Assembly (NCBI GenBank): GCA_013265495.1
Contig: MU058824.1
Coordinates: 5,909,245-5,973,244, forward strand
Reading direction: 5' to 3'
Length of the DNA stretch: 64,000 bases
DNA from: Vicugna vicugna
Taxonomy: Eukaryota
Positions 12,357 to 25,355 of this stretch are shown here, piece by piece; positions within the stretch are counted from its first letter, which is position 1, and each line of letters starts with the position of its first letter. A program made the translations under genes and the position numbers. Under the pieces are notes generated by a model. The model searched no databases. It was not told the DNA's origin and was given only the letters and a program-made list of their open reading frames with translations.

Positions 12357-14071
12357 ATATGTAACTCCCCTAAAGGTAAGAACTGATGCTCTGAGGTATT
12401 AGTTTTTTAAAAAATCAGTAATCTTACAAAAAATTGGATGCTTTAAGACATACTGAAGATTTTTATTATCAATAAATCTGGTTCTTAGAGTTTATGAGTA
12501 AAGGGGATCTTTATATGAAATGAGTAAAGGAGAAATTTTATAAAAACTGTTCTTGCTTGAGCTAGTCCATAGAGTTTAAGCATTGGCTTGAATGAGATAT
12601 CTCATTCCTCTCTGTTTTATCTTCTTTTCATAAATACATGGAACTGTTTACAGAGCCCCTTTCACCAGCATTCTCTTTGAGCATTAGACATTTACATATC
12701 ATAAAGAGAATGAACAATGTGTTGGATACACTGTCTCATCAAAGGCAATGCCTACATCCCTCAAAAAAAGTTACTCAAAACATGTTGCATAAACGTCACA
12801 CTCCAGTCTCCCCAGATAGGTGTCGATCAAAAATCCCTGCAATTTATTACCTACTGATGAAGTAACTTCCCCATTTGACAACTTTTACACTACCCTTGGG
12901 AGAAAATTCAGTGTTCTCTGCATCACACCAGATTGCTTTTTAAATTAAGACATATGCTATACTTTTTAGGAACTTGCAATATAGAATACTAGACAATAAT
13001 AATAAATAAAATCAGAATATGATTAAAGATTTAAATTATTAGGTATAGACTAAACCAAGAAGACAGTCCAGGGGAGGCCAGTTGAGTATAAAATGGGATT
13101 TGAATATTCATAAATGTGAGTGGGAGTCATTTCTACCTTGTTGGAAAACAGCATGAATACATATCTTGACCAAGGCCACTTAGAAATTTCAGTGGCAAAG
13201 CTGAAGTTTAAAAAGAACTGATAATCATACATCTAGCCATTTGACAAGTCCTTTGAGCTGTACTTCCTCTCATTTGATCTAATACTTCATAGGACATTTT
13301 TGCCAGAGAAATGAACTCTTACACACAGACTGCCTCAGGTTAGTTCTCTACTATTAAATCTTTGGAAGGGGAGTGAACATAAAAGGGTTCCTAGGATTAG
13401 CAGTGTGAAGTTCTGAAGCTCCATTGTTTTTGAGTCTTACTCTTCTGATACAAGACTGTCTCTGTTTCATCAAAGAGAGTTGTTGGTAGAAAGGAAGAGA
13501 AAGTGTGATGAAATGAGAGAAACGAGTTCCATGGTATCCAAATCAACCATTTAGGCCTGACGGTAAAAATGCTGTGCAAGAGGATTCTTTCCTGGTACCA
13601 AAAATAGAGGAACTTAGTGAGAGGTGAAGTCCTCTGGGGTTCAGAGGCCTCAGAGCAGCACCAGCTGTCTCCATTTACCACCTCTAAGGAGTAATAGAAA
13701 GTGCAGAGAACTATTTAGTTCTAGACATGGGACTTGAACATCAGAGGATCCAGAAATAGCTGAGCAATGGTGGCAGTGGCAGTAAGAGCCTCTTGAGGAG
13801 AGGTAGATCCGTGACTACGACAAATTGCTATCTTGGTACCAGAGCCAATCATAGCAAACTAAAAAGGGAGCCGTGAGTTTAATGTCTTTTCTTCTTTGCA
13901 GAGGAAAAATTCAGGCCCAATGAGGTTGGGTTTGGGGGAAGATTTACTCCAACCCATACAATTAATCATATTAGCTAATGTTAATTAAACACTCTCCTGA
14001 GAAATTTACACCCCTAGCCTCACTTAGTTTTCAAAACAATTGCTTGTAGTAGGTACTATTATCACAGACAG

Positions 14072-14200
14072 GCAGAATAGTGGTTCAAACAGTGACTCCA
14101 CCACTTTGGGCTATATAACAGTAGTAAGTTACTGAGCCAACTATGCCTAATTTTCTTCTCTAAAATGGAGATAATAATATCAGCAACAATAATAACAATA
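14072..14200 (+). mobile_element. MIR fragment
   Basis: AGAATAGTGGTT...TGCCTAATTTTCTTCTCTAAAATGGAGATAATAAT. Confidence 0.6.
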
Positions 14201-15979
14201 ATGAAATAATATAAACAGGCCATTTAACACATTAATTCCATCCAATAGAGACACATTTCCAATTGATGTTAGACATTTACTCTTTCACCCATATGCCACT
14301 TCTATTACTCCTTAATGAGAAGAGGAAAGAAGGAGGGTTTCTCTCCTTTTCAAGAGGAAAAGACCTTCCCGCACCATCTCAACGCCCTGTTGAATTATTA
14401 GTGTCTAGAAACCACCCAGAAAAGGTTCTTATGTTGCTTTTGTAATGGATAAAGTGATGGTAATAATGATGCCAAGTTATTGTCTCGAATGGGAAATGGG
14501 CATAGAATTTGGAAGCAGTGAATTAAATTAGGCAGTTCTGTTGCGGGCTCATGAATTCCCACTCATAACCTACCCTCAGGCACCCTCTTGACCCTTTGGC
14601 ATCCCTTGGAGGACATGGAAATGTCAGCCAGCAGCCCAATGTCATTATTCCTGACACAGGTTTCATTCCATTTCCAATAATCTTAGTGAAGTTTCCAGCT
14701 TTCCCCCACTCACATCACATGTCCATCAGTACCACAACATGTAATTGGGTATAAGCCCTACAGCAAAGAGATTGTGAATAGGTCATATTTAAATTTTTTT
14801 TCCATACTGACAAATGACATGGGACTCCTATGGGTGTACATTTGACACCCTCATGAATACAAAATGAATTTATTATGATTAGTACTTTCACCTGGAATAC
14901 GACATTAATTCATAATGATTGATGGGCTACTTAAAATAAAGTAGTAACCTTTTCCTAAGGTGACTAGGTGACCCCACATCCACTTCATTAGTAATATTCC
15001 CTGAACTATATTTATGTAAATGGAAAAATGTATCATGAGACTATTTTATCCCTTACAGTCAAGCACAACTCTCAATGTAACTACATCTTACAGAAACCGA
15101 AAAACAATTTTATTTCATTCCAGAGTATTTGACAATGTTCTATTTCTACCCCTGGAAAATAAATGCACTTGAAACTGAACAAAATGCTCACAAATTATCA
15201 TTAAAAATATGTAATAATCAAATTTAAATCATATTAAGAAGAACTATTTATACCCCCTGTGTTGTCAAAATCTATTGCTTAGTTCCATTTTGGATAAATC
15301 AATGGTGAGTCTTGCGCACATGATTAGATTTGATGTTTTCATTGATGCATGTGTTATATACTTATGAAAAAACAAAATCTCGGGTCATTTAATATGGATT
15401 CTCAATGATTCCCCTGACTAAAATATATGAATAAAGGAAATCCCTGCACCCTAGGTTCATGCTGTTGATTGGTGTTTAGAAACTGCTGAATAGGTAAGGG
15501 CAAGAGTTTAAATGTTCTAAACTAACACACACAGAAAACCAACTGGGAAGCCACATACCATTGGGTTCTCATTGCTTTTCTACTGGTTCTTTTCAATGGG
15601 GCACTTCTCACAGCTTGGCTATTCATCTACTCAGAATGTTATAAACATGCATCCTGCTTTCTAGTATGATTTTGATCTACTGAACAAAGTGAAGGGTACA
15701 TGAAAAGTAAAATAAATAAGCCATGACACACTGAAACAAGAACATAATGTGCAAAATATCAATAAGGACAAAAAGAACTGCCTGCCTGAATTGCATTCTG
15801 CCTAAAAGCACAGAGATTTTTATCACAAATAAAACAGACACTCTCCACTTCTTACCTGAGATGTGAACTTAGGTTTTTATAACTGGGCTGGAGGTGTGGA
15901 CTTATGGTACTTAATATTTAGTTAACAAAAGCAAAATATGCTAGTTAGCACACCCAATTTGGTAAAAAAAACACACTGC

Positions 15980-16190
15980 GGCTGTGTGGACTAGGAGCTG
16001 GAAACTTAGCCACTCCATCCACATTCTGCCTTTGATGGGTGTACCCTTGACTGAAAAGATCATTTAACATCATCATGCCTCAGTTTCTTTTCATTTAAAT
16101 TTACAACATCCATCTGTTTCACTCCCTAGAGTTGTGTTGAGGAGCAAATAAGATACTGTATGTGGAAATACTTTTAAAAATACAAAGCAT
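15980..16190 (+). mobile_element. MIR/MIR3
   Basis: TGGACTAGGAGCTGGAAAC...TGCCTCAGTTTCTT...GTTGTGTTGAGGAGCAAATAAGATA. Confidence 0.7.
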
Positions 16191-16271
16191 GAAATGAAAT
16201 CAAGCATCATATGCTATTTAACCTCTCGTCATTGTGTAACATATGAATCTAACGTATCAGAGGCAACATAG

Positions 16272-16572
16272 ATTCATCCAAGCAAATATTTATTGAGAGC
16301 TTTCTATGTGTAGTGAGAGGGATGCAAATATAAAATTTATCAAGATTAGAAGAAAAGTGAAAACATATAAATAACTATAATATATATAAGATAAGAGTGG
16401 TAAGTAGTAGTGCGAGTGAAATATAATTGCTTAATAGCTCAGAGAACAATAGGAAAGACTTGTGGAAGAAAAGTTCACTAAAGCTAGGCCTTAAAGAATG
16501 ATAAGACTTAGACTTGAGAAAGAGATGGGGAGGCAAGTCTTCCAAATGGACAAACGGTTTGAGAATAGGCAC
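16272..16572 (-). mobile_element. L2 3' end
   Basis: ATTCATCCAAGCAAATATTTATTGAGAGCTTTCTATGTG is the antisense L2 tail. Confidence 0.7.
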
Positions 16573-16669
16573 CCAAACTGGGATTCCTCTAACATAGGGA
16601 AACTTTAAGGGGTTCCTTTAAGCTCCAGTTTAGAATGAGTGAGGGAGATGTTGGGGAAATATGCATCGG

Positions 16670-16782
16670 TAATATTTATTGAGTACTTGCTATATGCCTA
16701 GCATTGTTCAACCTGCTAGGGAAAGAGTAGTGACCAAAATAGACCAATCACTGCCAGTGGGTGGGGGCAACATTCTAGTGGC
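16670..16782 (-). mobile_element. L2 3' end (second copy)
   Basis: AATATTTATTGAGTACTTGCTATATGCCTAGCATTGTTC. Confidence 0.75.
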
Positions 16783-17050
16783 TATAAATTTATGCCACAA
16801 AATGTCTCTAGCCCATGATTTCCTTCCGCAACAGCATTCTCCATGATTATTCTCCTTCTCCTAGAGTAGCCAAAGCAAACACACATACACAGACATATAC
16901 ATTCATTTAGATTCTAAATTTTGGAGTATCACCATCTATGTTGTCCAAGATGCAGAACTCTAATTTTATTTGAAAAATCATGGTGTTTCTCAAATTTTGT
17001 GGGGAAAAATAGGGATGGATCCTAAAAGGGGTGAAGAGAAGGAATTTCCT

Positions 17051-17223
17051 CAGTGGTTTTCAACACTTGATGCATATTAGAATCATCTGGGGAACTTAAA
17101 AAAAATCCTATGTCTGGGCATTGAGCAATTAAACCAGACTCTCTGGAGGTTGAATCCAGACATCATTATTTATTTTTAAAGTTCCTCACGTAATTCAAAT
17201 ATGCAGGCAGATGAGAAAACATT
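17051..17223. mobile_element. MER5A-like hAT-Charlie MITE
   Basis: CAGTGGTTTTCAAC...CATATTAGAATCATCTGGGGAACTT...AATTAAACCAGACTCTCTGG...TGAGAAAACATT. Confidence 0.85.
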
Positions 17224-17484
17224 TAAGTAATCAATACTCCAAAGGACTGTCTCCCTTTTTTTCCCTCTGTTTTACTTTACAGTTTAGATAAGTGGATAGA
17301 TAACTTGCATAACCCCTTAAATCTTTTGTTAGAATCTTGTCAGCAAGTCATAGACTTTTGGAGATGGGAAAGGTATCAGATTTTAGTACAGGTAAGAGAA
17401 AACCTGAGAAAGTCAAATTGACAGTCATAAGGAGAATTATTTGGAGGTGGCATTGAAGTTAAGTGGGGAGAAGTTGAAATGCAA

Positions 17485-17692
17485 ATACAATTTCCTAGAT
17501 TTGAGTCTTGGCTTCACAGCTGACTTTGTGATTTTCTTATCTATTTGAACTTTGAGTTTTCTCATCTATAAAACTCAAAGTATAATATAAAGCCTCTTTT
17601 ACCTTTCAGGGCTCTATTGAGGATCAGGGGAGAAAGCACTAGTGAAAGTGTATTGTAAACTAAAAAACTCTAACACAAATTTGAGGGATTAT
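17485..17692 (+). mobile_element. MIR
   Basis: CCTAGATTTGAGTCTTGGCTTC...AGTTTTCTCATCTATAAAA. Confidence 0.65.
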
Positions 17693-20600
17693 ATCCTAAC
17701 AGCTGAAGCAATATCAGCAAAAATATTTCATCCTGTGAACAATGTCCAAAGCAGTGTCTTTACTGTCCATTTAGACATAGCAAGTAAAACCAACCCTATT
17801 AGATATACACTTACCAATTAAAGTCATTTTCTTGCTATGCAAAATATTTATGTTATTTTAAAATATATAATATATTAATATATTGCATTTATTTTAATAA
17901 TTTTATTTTAATATATTTTACCAGTCAAGATTCCTCTACAGAAGCCTTACTGGAAATCCTTGTTAATAACAACAGGAAATAAAAACTAACAAACCAGCTG
18001 TTAACAATCCAGATCAGATTATGCTAATTTAGTTTGAAACCAAATAAGGTGGAGGAGGAAAGGAAACATGGGGAGGAGAGAAAGTCTTAACAATTCATGA
18101 AGAAAGCAGTAAATCTCACTGACAGAAGATAAACTTCTTGGGTACTAAGGCAATGAAAATGGTGTTGATCTATGTGTCCACAGATGTGGCTCCAGGGTGT
18201 AATCTGTCCAGCTGCTCAATATCAGGACAGCCACACGGGCACCACCTCAGGGAAGATAAATAGGAAACCTCTTAGTCAGGGAGATAAAACACAACTGCTG
18301 CTGCTAGTACTTACGTGGAAAAGCTGCTGATTGTCACTGTTGGACACAGGAAGTGTTACTGAAATATTCTGAGGCACAGAGGGTAAAAGACCTGGTTACA
18401 AATCCAGGGGGTGATGGGGTGCAGAGAGACAAAATTTTGCTTGTATCAGTTTTCTCAAGATAGATAAGGCCAGCCTGCTGAATTTCATTAGGTAGTGTGT
18501 GGAGCAAGTTTAGAAGGCAAAGAACAATTGGGAACCTTGTATTATACTATATGTAAAACATTGTTATGTGTAATATACACAAGGTCCCTCAAGGTCAGGA
18601 AAGGTCAGGAAAGATCAGAAATGTGAAAATTTGAGAGAGAGAAAAAAAAAAGGGTTGGTATCCTAGCCAGTGGATCAATATCCCACTCCATTTGAACCAA
18701 TGGAAATCAACACACCCTTTGGGTAAAAGGCCAGTTCTTATACTAGAAGGAAGGAGGGGGCGGGAGTGGGGTGGAATGAAACCATTCTACAAAGAGAATG
18801 TGGAAGAAAATTTGTTTTAAAAATAAACACTTTAACCTTCTTAGAGTTTTCAGTCAAGCATTATGTATGCTAAAATTCAAGAAACAACCTGAACGTTTCA
18901 GAGCAAACCCAAGCCTTTGTTTTAATTATTACAGCCAACACATTGTTATTCATTATGTGCATATTTATTAAGCAATTACAACATGTAGGTACAATCCTAG
19001 GTGCCACAAGGAAGAAAAAGGAGAATTAGACACAGAAAGAATCTTCAAAGAGCTTAAGAGAGATGACACCACATAAAAAGCAGCAATGTACTATAGAAAA
19101 TACATGCCCTAAAACAAAAAGGACCACAGACAGTGAAAAGAGGGAGGGAGGTTCCATCTAAAAGGCTTGATCAAGGAAGACTAAAACTGCTTTTATTTTC
19201 CTGTCACTTTTATGACTTGACCTAAAATTGATTCTTTCTCATTAAAATCTCCTTGAATATCTCTCAGTGGAGTAAGTGAATCTTAGGTTCATTCTCAAGA
19301 AACTTGTTTCTGCCTCAAGTTTCAATAGGAGCCCAACCCTGAGACTAAAGATCTAGAATGGTGTCCAGCCTCTGAGAGTAGTTCCAGGTCATTTCTGACC
19401 TTGTTTGTACTTAAGGAGGGATTTATTACTGAGGGTCCACACATGGGCTGCCCACCTTAATGGGTACCTTGACATGATATGCAAAAATGCTATGTGTAGG
19501 TGCCTTTGTGTTTTTTTCATAGCTTTCATCAAACTGTTTCAAGCCAGGAGCTACTTTGAGGCAGTCCTCAGATCTGGAGTGCAGAAACAGGTCAGCTAAG
19601 AGAGAATGGGAGCCTAGTGGGCTCCCCAAGGCTTAGACCAAAATGGGATCAGGTCGTGGGAGCCAGGGTTTCTCTCAACAAAGATAAAATACTTTTTTCT
19701 TGCCTTGTATTGAGATTGCCTTGGTCAGGCTTGTGCTTTCACCTCTTCCCTAAAAGAATGTATGTGTTGAAACAGTAATATTTTCTCAGGCCATATAATA
19801 TGTATGTGTTGAAATGGTAATATTGTCCCTAGATCACATGACATTCAGATATACTTCTGGTTCTAAATCAGAATGGTGAAAGTCATTGAATTCCAGAACA
19901 TAATCCTAGTCTTTATCTGACACTGTTGGCAACCATTTACGAGTGGATTTTTTAGAGTTCTATAAAGTGGGTGTTGATGGTACCCAAAGCAGGCATTAAT
20001 AATCTTTACTGGAACAGAATGAAGGTGAAGAAAGGAAGCTAAAAACTTTCTGTTTGGTATAATTGTAGTTTAATGTGCTTTATTATATCCCTGGATTGAC
20101 TTGAAACTAGTTGATTTCAGGGAAAAAAAACCAAGTACCTAAAACCACCTATTTATATTGTGTATAGATAATCACTGCTTGCCTGAATTTTTCATGTTCT
20201 AACCAGCTGTTTTGGCATTTTGTAGACACAGTCTGAATAATTCCATCTATATTCCATCAGTCCTAAATTAGTGTGACAAGTATTTGTGTTTAGTAACATT
20301 TTCTAAAGTTGATAATATTGTAAACAATTGGATGGTTTTCGCCCAGCTTCCTAAGTGCAGACATTTCCCAAAGTAGATTATTCTGAGAATGGCAGTTTCC
20401 TCCTTTCCAAAGGGCATTACAGAGACCATATAACTATACTGGCCACCTTTTTTTAAAATTTCCAGGACCCACTTTTCAATATATCACTTAAGTGGTACAT
20501 AAATTTATTTTAAACGGCTCACCTCCATTTAGGTGCCTATCAAGAGAAATGGAAATGTCTGTTCTAAAGTTATCAAAAATTTCCTGATAGCAATTTTTTT

Positions 20601-21399
20601 ATTTAATTAAAAAAAGAGTGAGAGAAAATCAAATCCTGTCACAGGCAGGTGGAAGGACACCGCAGGCAGGACTGTGTTTTCCAATGGCATCCAGCAAGAT
20701 AATGAGTCCATGTCTATGGAAATTGATTCATTAATATTTCATCGAGGCAGCTTCAGAGCAATTCAAGAACCAGCTCCCAGGAATTCAATCAGTAAATTCA
20801 ATAAATTGTCAAGCTTAAAATACCAGGGGGGCAAAAATATACATACATTTGGCATGTGTGCATATTTATACATATTGATGTGACACGTATATGCACATGA
20901 ATACAGGCATACATGTTAAAACAGCACATGTAAGAGACTGTCATTTCTAGCCTTAAACTCAGACTCACCTGCCTATATTCTTTACTTAAGAAGAATTTCC
21001 AAATAAAACAAAAATCACTCAATTTAATTTCATTCTCCTGCTCAGTATCTGACCTGAAAAAGCAAGTTAACTAAAATGTAAGCTGCAACTTGTTTACTGG
21101 TAGTCACATATTTATCAACAGAGTCCCTTCAATCAATTAACAGCACATCAAGATGGCTCCCAAGGACCCATGCTGAGGCTGGAAAAAGAGGGGATCAAAT
21201 GTTTCACGGAGGAAGGGCTGCTGGTTTGGGGAAGAGCAGCCAATTTACCACGTGATCTACACATTGAGAAAGGCCAGTTAGGGAAATAGATTCAAATTAT
21301 CATGTCGGCTAAGTAATTGGTCTTTGGGTGTCCCTAAACACTAACCTATAAATAATTTTATTTTCATTTTGGATCAATGTCTTCTAGCCCTTGTCTAAC

Positions 21400-22200
21400 T
21401 AACCTGTATTGATGTCTTTTTAATTAAACCATGCGTGATATGCTCGCTCGGCAGTGGGGCATACTGAGTGTTCATGCTAGGAATTCCAGATAAGGTAATT
21501 ATGCTATTTGTCACTGTCATGATTAATGTGTGACAGCTGTTATGACAGCTGTGCCACTGTTTTGTCACAATACTCTGTTCATCCATAACAAAATTAGCTG
21601 TCGCACTCAAAGGTACACACTTGCTGCTATTTCTTTCTGAAGTCAACAATGAAAAAATCGAGAGGGAATATTACATGAACTCCGTGACAAACAAGAAAAA
21701 CGACATCTTTATTTTTTTTCTTTAAATGATGATATAACCTGCCTGCACTGGAAATGCAGATAGCTCACCTCTAGCAAACAAGCTGTCATGAGGAGCCAAT
21801 CCGCCACTAATCTAGCTAACAAGGTCTCAGTATGTGAGGGGTTTGCTTCATAATTTGAATCTGCCTTGTCAGGCAAGCCTTTTAGATGTTACCCAAATTA
21901 GCATTGGCTGGAACTGTTACTGCCTGTCAAGGTGGAAAACTGAAAATGCAGAGTTATAATAGCAAGTGGGAGACTGACTCACCTTTTCCTTTGGGCGTCC
22001 GTCAAGTGGAGCAAAATAGGCGGCTCTGCCTCCTTTTCCCTCAAGACAGCCGCCCCTCCCTGCCCTCAATGCCCTGCACCCTTAGCTGGGAAAGATGCTT
22101 TCAGGAGCTGTCTCCAAATAGAGATGTAAATTGTCAGATGAAGGCAGTTATTAATGTTAACCAATATTGTTTCTTACAGAGCCCTAAAACTGGACTATAA
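21400..22200. promoter_or_regulatory. Candidate conserved non-coding enhancer rich in TGACA(G) TALE-homeodomain motifs
   Basis: No recognisable repeat, retained CpGs, at least 10 TGACA/TGTCA sites including tandem TGACAGCTGT at 21531 and 21543, and several TAATT cores. Function is inferred only. Confidence 0.5.
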
Positions 22201-23159
22201 AACCACAGAAGACACTGATGTGAAGAGACAGATGGCTACAATAATAGCGTCATTATTCTATAGCTTTGGGTGAAGTGGATAGTGCATATGTTCCATAAAT
22301 TTAAAAGAAGAAAAAAGCCCAAGAAGATGTCTATTCATAATGATAAAGAAACACTGTGACATCAGAGACCCTGAGTGTGAAAGAAAGGAAATATGTCATG
22401 TCAGATATGCATAACTAAGTGAATATGATATTTTCACTCTTAAAATTAAAGGGAGAACATCTGTGGCTATTATTATTTTGCAACAAATGATTAGTTTGAT
22501 CTACTAAGTATTTAAATTTGCAATAACTTAACCAGCAAATATAATATGCACTTTTAACAAGAATACTGTTTAAATCAGGCCCATCTGCACTGTCTCTCTT
22601 AGGCCTCTTCTCCAAAAACCATCCTGGAACAGAACGCTGAATTATTTCAAACAATTATAATGATTACAAAGGAACTGTTACCACCTGCTGCTGACTCTTG
22701 GCAGTCATCAATGAAGGATTTAATTAGAATATTTATCAACAATGACCAAAACTCCTTTTGATTTGTCCCTGATTTCTTCATGTGGGAGTAACTCTGCAAA
22801 TTCAAATTAAAAGATACAAAAAAATCTGAGGGCATGCTTAATAGATTTCAAATCAGGACAACTAGGCTTAATTCAATTGCTCTAGTTGGTTTTCTCTGTG
22901 ACAGGGATGTGAGCCCTTGATGATTCCTTTCACTTTTGATGAGCATCTCCTTTCTACCTCAGTCAAAAGATATCAGGAACATTTTGCTGCCTTACATTAT
23001 TACCAAGCATATAGCGCTTAGCTATGAGATCACACGGGGTTTTGGATGAAGGAAGTAATAGCCGTTTCCATGTGATAAATATTCTTGCATGAATGTTCAT
23101 GCATTTAGAGAGAGCATGTTTGTTAACTCCTTTTCCATTTGTCCTGAGAACTTCCTGTT

Positions 23160-23470
23160 GACAACTACCTATCTTCAAGATTTATCTCCAAAGCCATCTC
23201 CTTCACAAAGCCTTTGCTGAAATTTTTTTCCCTATGTGATCTTGCCCTTCCTTTTCTCAGAAACTCCCATAGCACTTACTGCTTGTTAGTTTTAGTCACC
23301 AACAGTATGTGATTTGGGATAATTATTTGTGTTGCTTTTCTTACCCATGGGCTCCAAGAGAACAGGAAACACTTTCTGAACCTTTTAACTCCTCACAGAA
23401 CAATCTGGGATACTACCTCACACAGAGTAGGCCCTTTTGTTCATACTTATGAAGTAAATCAATTATTGCA
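23160..23470 (+). mobile_element. L2 3' portion, degraded
   Basis: CATCTCCTTCACAAAGCCTTT...CTCCCATAGCACTT...GCTCCAAGAGAACAGGAAAC. Confidence 0.6.
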
Positions 23471-25000
23471 TAACTGAATGCTGAAGAGGGTATTTGGTAT
23501 TGTAGTATCTGTATTCAAGTGACACTAAAGAATTGAGGAGCTATTTAATGTGTGTTAACTTTTTAATAAGTGAACATGAAATATTTAAACAGACAAAAGC
23601 TCCCAAGTGATACCAACCAGACCACTTTTAACATCAACTGCTATACCCAGGAGGGATGTCAGATTAATGGGGCACCTGAAATAACCATCATAAAAAGGCT
23701 TACAATTAAAGGGGGTGTTCTAATTATAGAGATAACTTGTTCTTCTCTAAAGTCAAAGAAGTTTGTAAAATACTTATCTATAGAACTGAAAAGGCATCCA
23801 TACATTCACAGGTAGTAACAAACAGGACACAATTTTGGTAGGAGTTTTGTGGGAGGCAATTTTTGCAGAAGGCAACTACACTGGAGGATAATTGCACTTC
23901 CAGTGTTCCACAGGTCTGTGAAATTAGCAATTAAGCACAGAAATAGCTGGAGCTACAGAAATAAAGTAGATGGGTTGTGTGGAGCAATGGCAAGCTGAAA
24001 CTTAGAACCCTGCAATTAGGAGATAAACTCTAGTACCAGGAACCTAAAACACTAGGATGAGATGGGGGTTGGGGGAGTCCAAAGATGATGCATAATTAGT
24101 AACAAGTAGGAAGAAGAGGACCCAACTCAAAATCTGTTGGACTCTAGGCAGACTTCTCCTCAGAGAGAATCTGTAAGTACCAGCACCCAACAGACCTTTA
24201 CTAGAACTTAATCATTAATTTTGTTTGCTTTAGTTAACTATTTAGTAACCTGAACATTTTATCTCATTATGAGGGCTCTGTCTCTTTAGAGGCATAACTT
24301 AACCATTATTATTTAAAGGCATAACAACTGATAGTAGTAATGGGGAGGGGACACCAAATCAGTAAACTGAATTGATCATTTCTGGTACCTTGACAATGTG
24401 ATATCACATTAGATGCTGTATAATGCCTTTTCCTCTTACATACAGCAGCCCTTACACTTGTGCCCTGAGAATTTATCTGATGGGTCTCTCACTGATCCAA
24501 GGACAGAGAGGGTTTTTGAATGGCATCTGTTTCCTCAGGTTCCAGTTCTAAGCTACAGACAGGACACCTCCATGATCAGTTTCCAGTAAAAACTAATGCT
24601 ACCAAAACTCACATACCAGTAATTTATCCTCATCCTCAACAAGAAAATATGATTAACAATCATTATTCTATGAGATCCATTTCATAAAGCTTTGTTAAGA
24701 TCAGATGGTATCTCAGTGACAGGATAGAATCAGTTAAAGATGTTGGGCAAAGACTTAATGGCTAAAAAGAGTAAAGAAATTGAGTAGGTGACCCTGTTGC
24801 CTGGTGTGTGATGTGCTGCTATTTCATCCCTCACACAATGAAACTGTTCCTAAAGCCACTCTTTAAATACATAATAACAAGCTGAACTTTCTTAACACTT
24901 CTAATAAGTCTTCTAGTTCTGGGGCCCTTGTTTCCACTTGATAATCAAAGAAGTCTCTTCTTATCCTTAGAGCAGTGATATTTTGGTTCATCACTTAGCC

Positions 25001-25178
25001 CAGGGGTGCTCAGACTTCCCTGTGTGTTGGAATCACGTAGGGAGCTTTAAAAAGTACTGATGTGTAGGTCTCACCTCCAGATGTTCTGATTTGATTGTCT
25101 GGGATGGAGACTGAACACTGGGATTTCTAGAAGCTCCACAGGGAATTCTAACTTATAGCCAAGGCTGAAAACCATTCC
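25001..25178. mobile_element. MER5A1-like MITE
   Basis: CAGGGGTGCTCAGACTT...TTGGAATCACGTAGGGAGCTTTAAAAA...TTCTGATTTGATTGTCTGGG...GCCAAGGCTGAAAACCATT. Confidence 0.85.
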
Positions 25179-25199
25179 TAAAGCTGAATGCCTCTTTAC

Positions 25200-25355
25200 C
25201 ATTCATGTGCATATTAACTATATGAAGATTTTGTTAAAATATGGATTTTTGATTCAGTGAGGTTGGGGTAGAGCCTGACACTCTGCATTTCCAACAAGCT
25301 TCTAGGTGATGCTGATACTCCTGGTCTACAGATGACACTTGAAAAGCAGAGATCC
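25200..25355. mobile_element. MER5B-like MITE (left end possibly at ~24972, split by the MER5A1)
   Basis: TTGTTAAAATATGGATTTTTGATTCAGTGAGGTTGGGG...CTCTGCATTTCCAACAAGCTTCTAGGTGATGCTGAT. Confidence 0.8.

Noticed and set aside
21441..21465. U6 snRNA 5'-like sequence TGCTCGCTCGGCAG
   Set aside because: Only ~14 nt resemble U6; there is no ACAGAGA box, A-tail or TSD. Likely chance.
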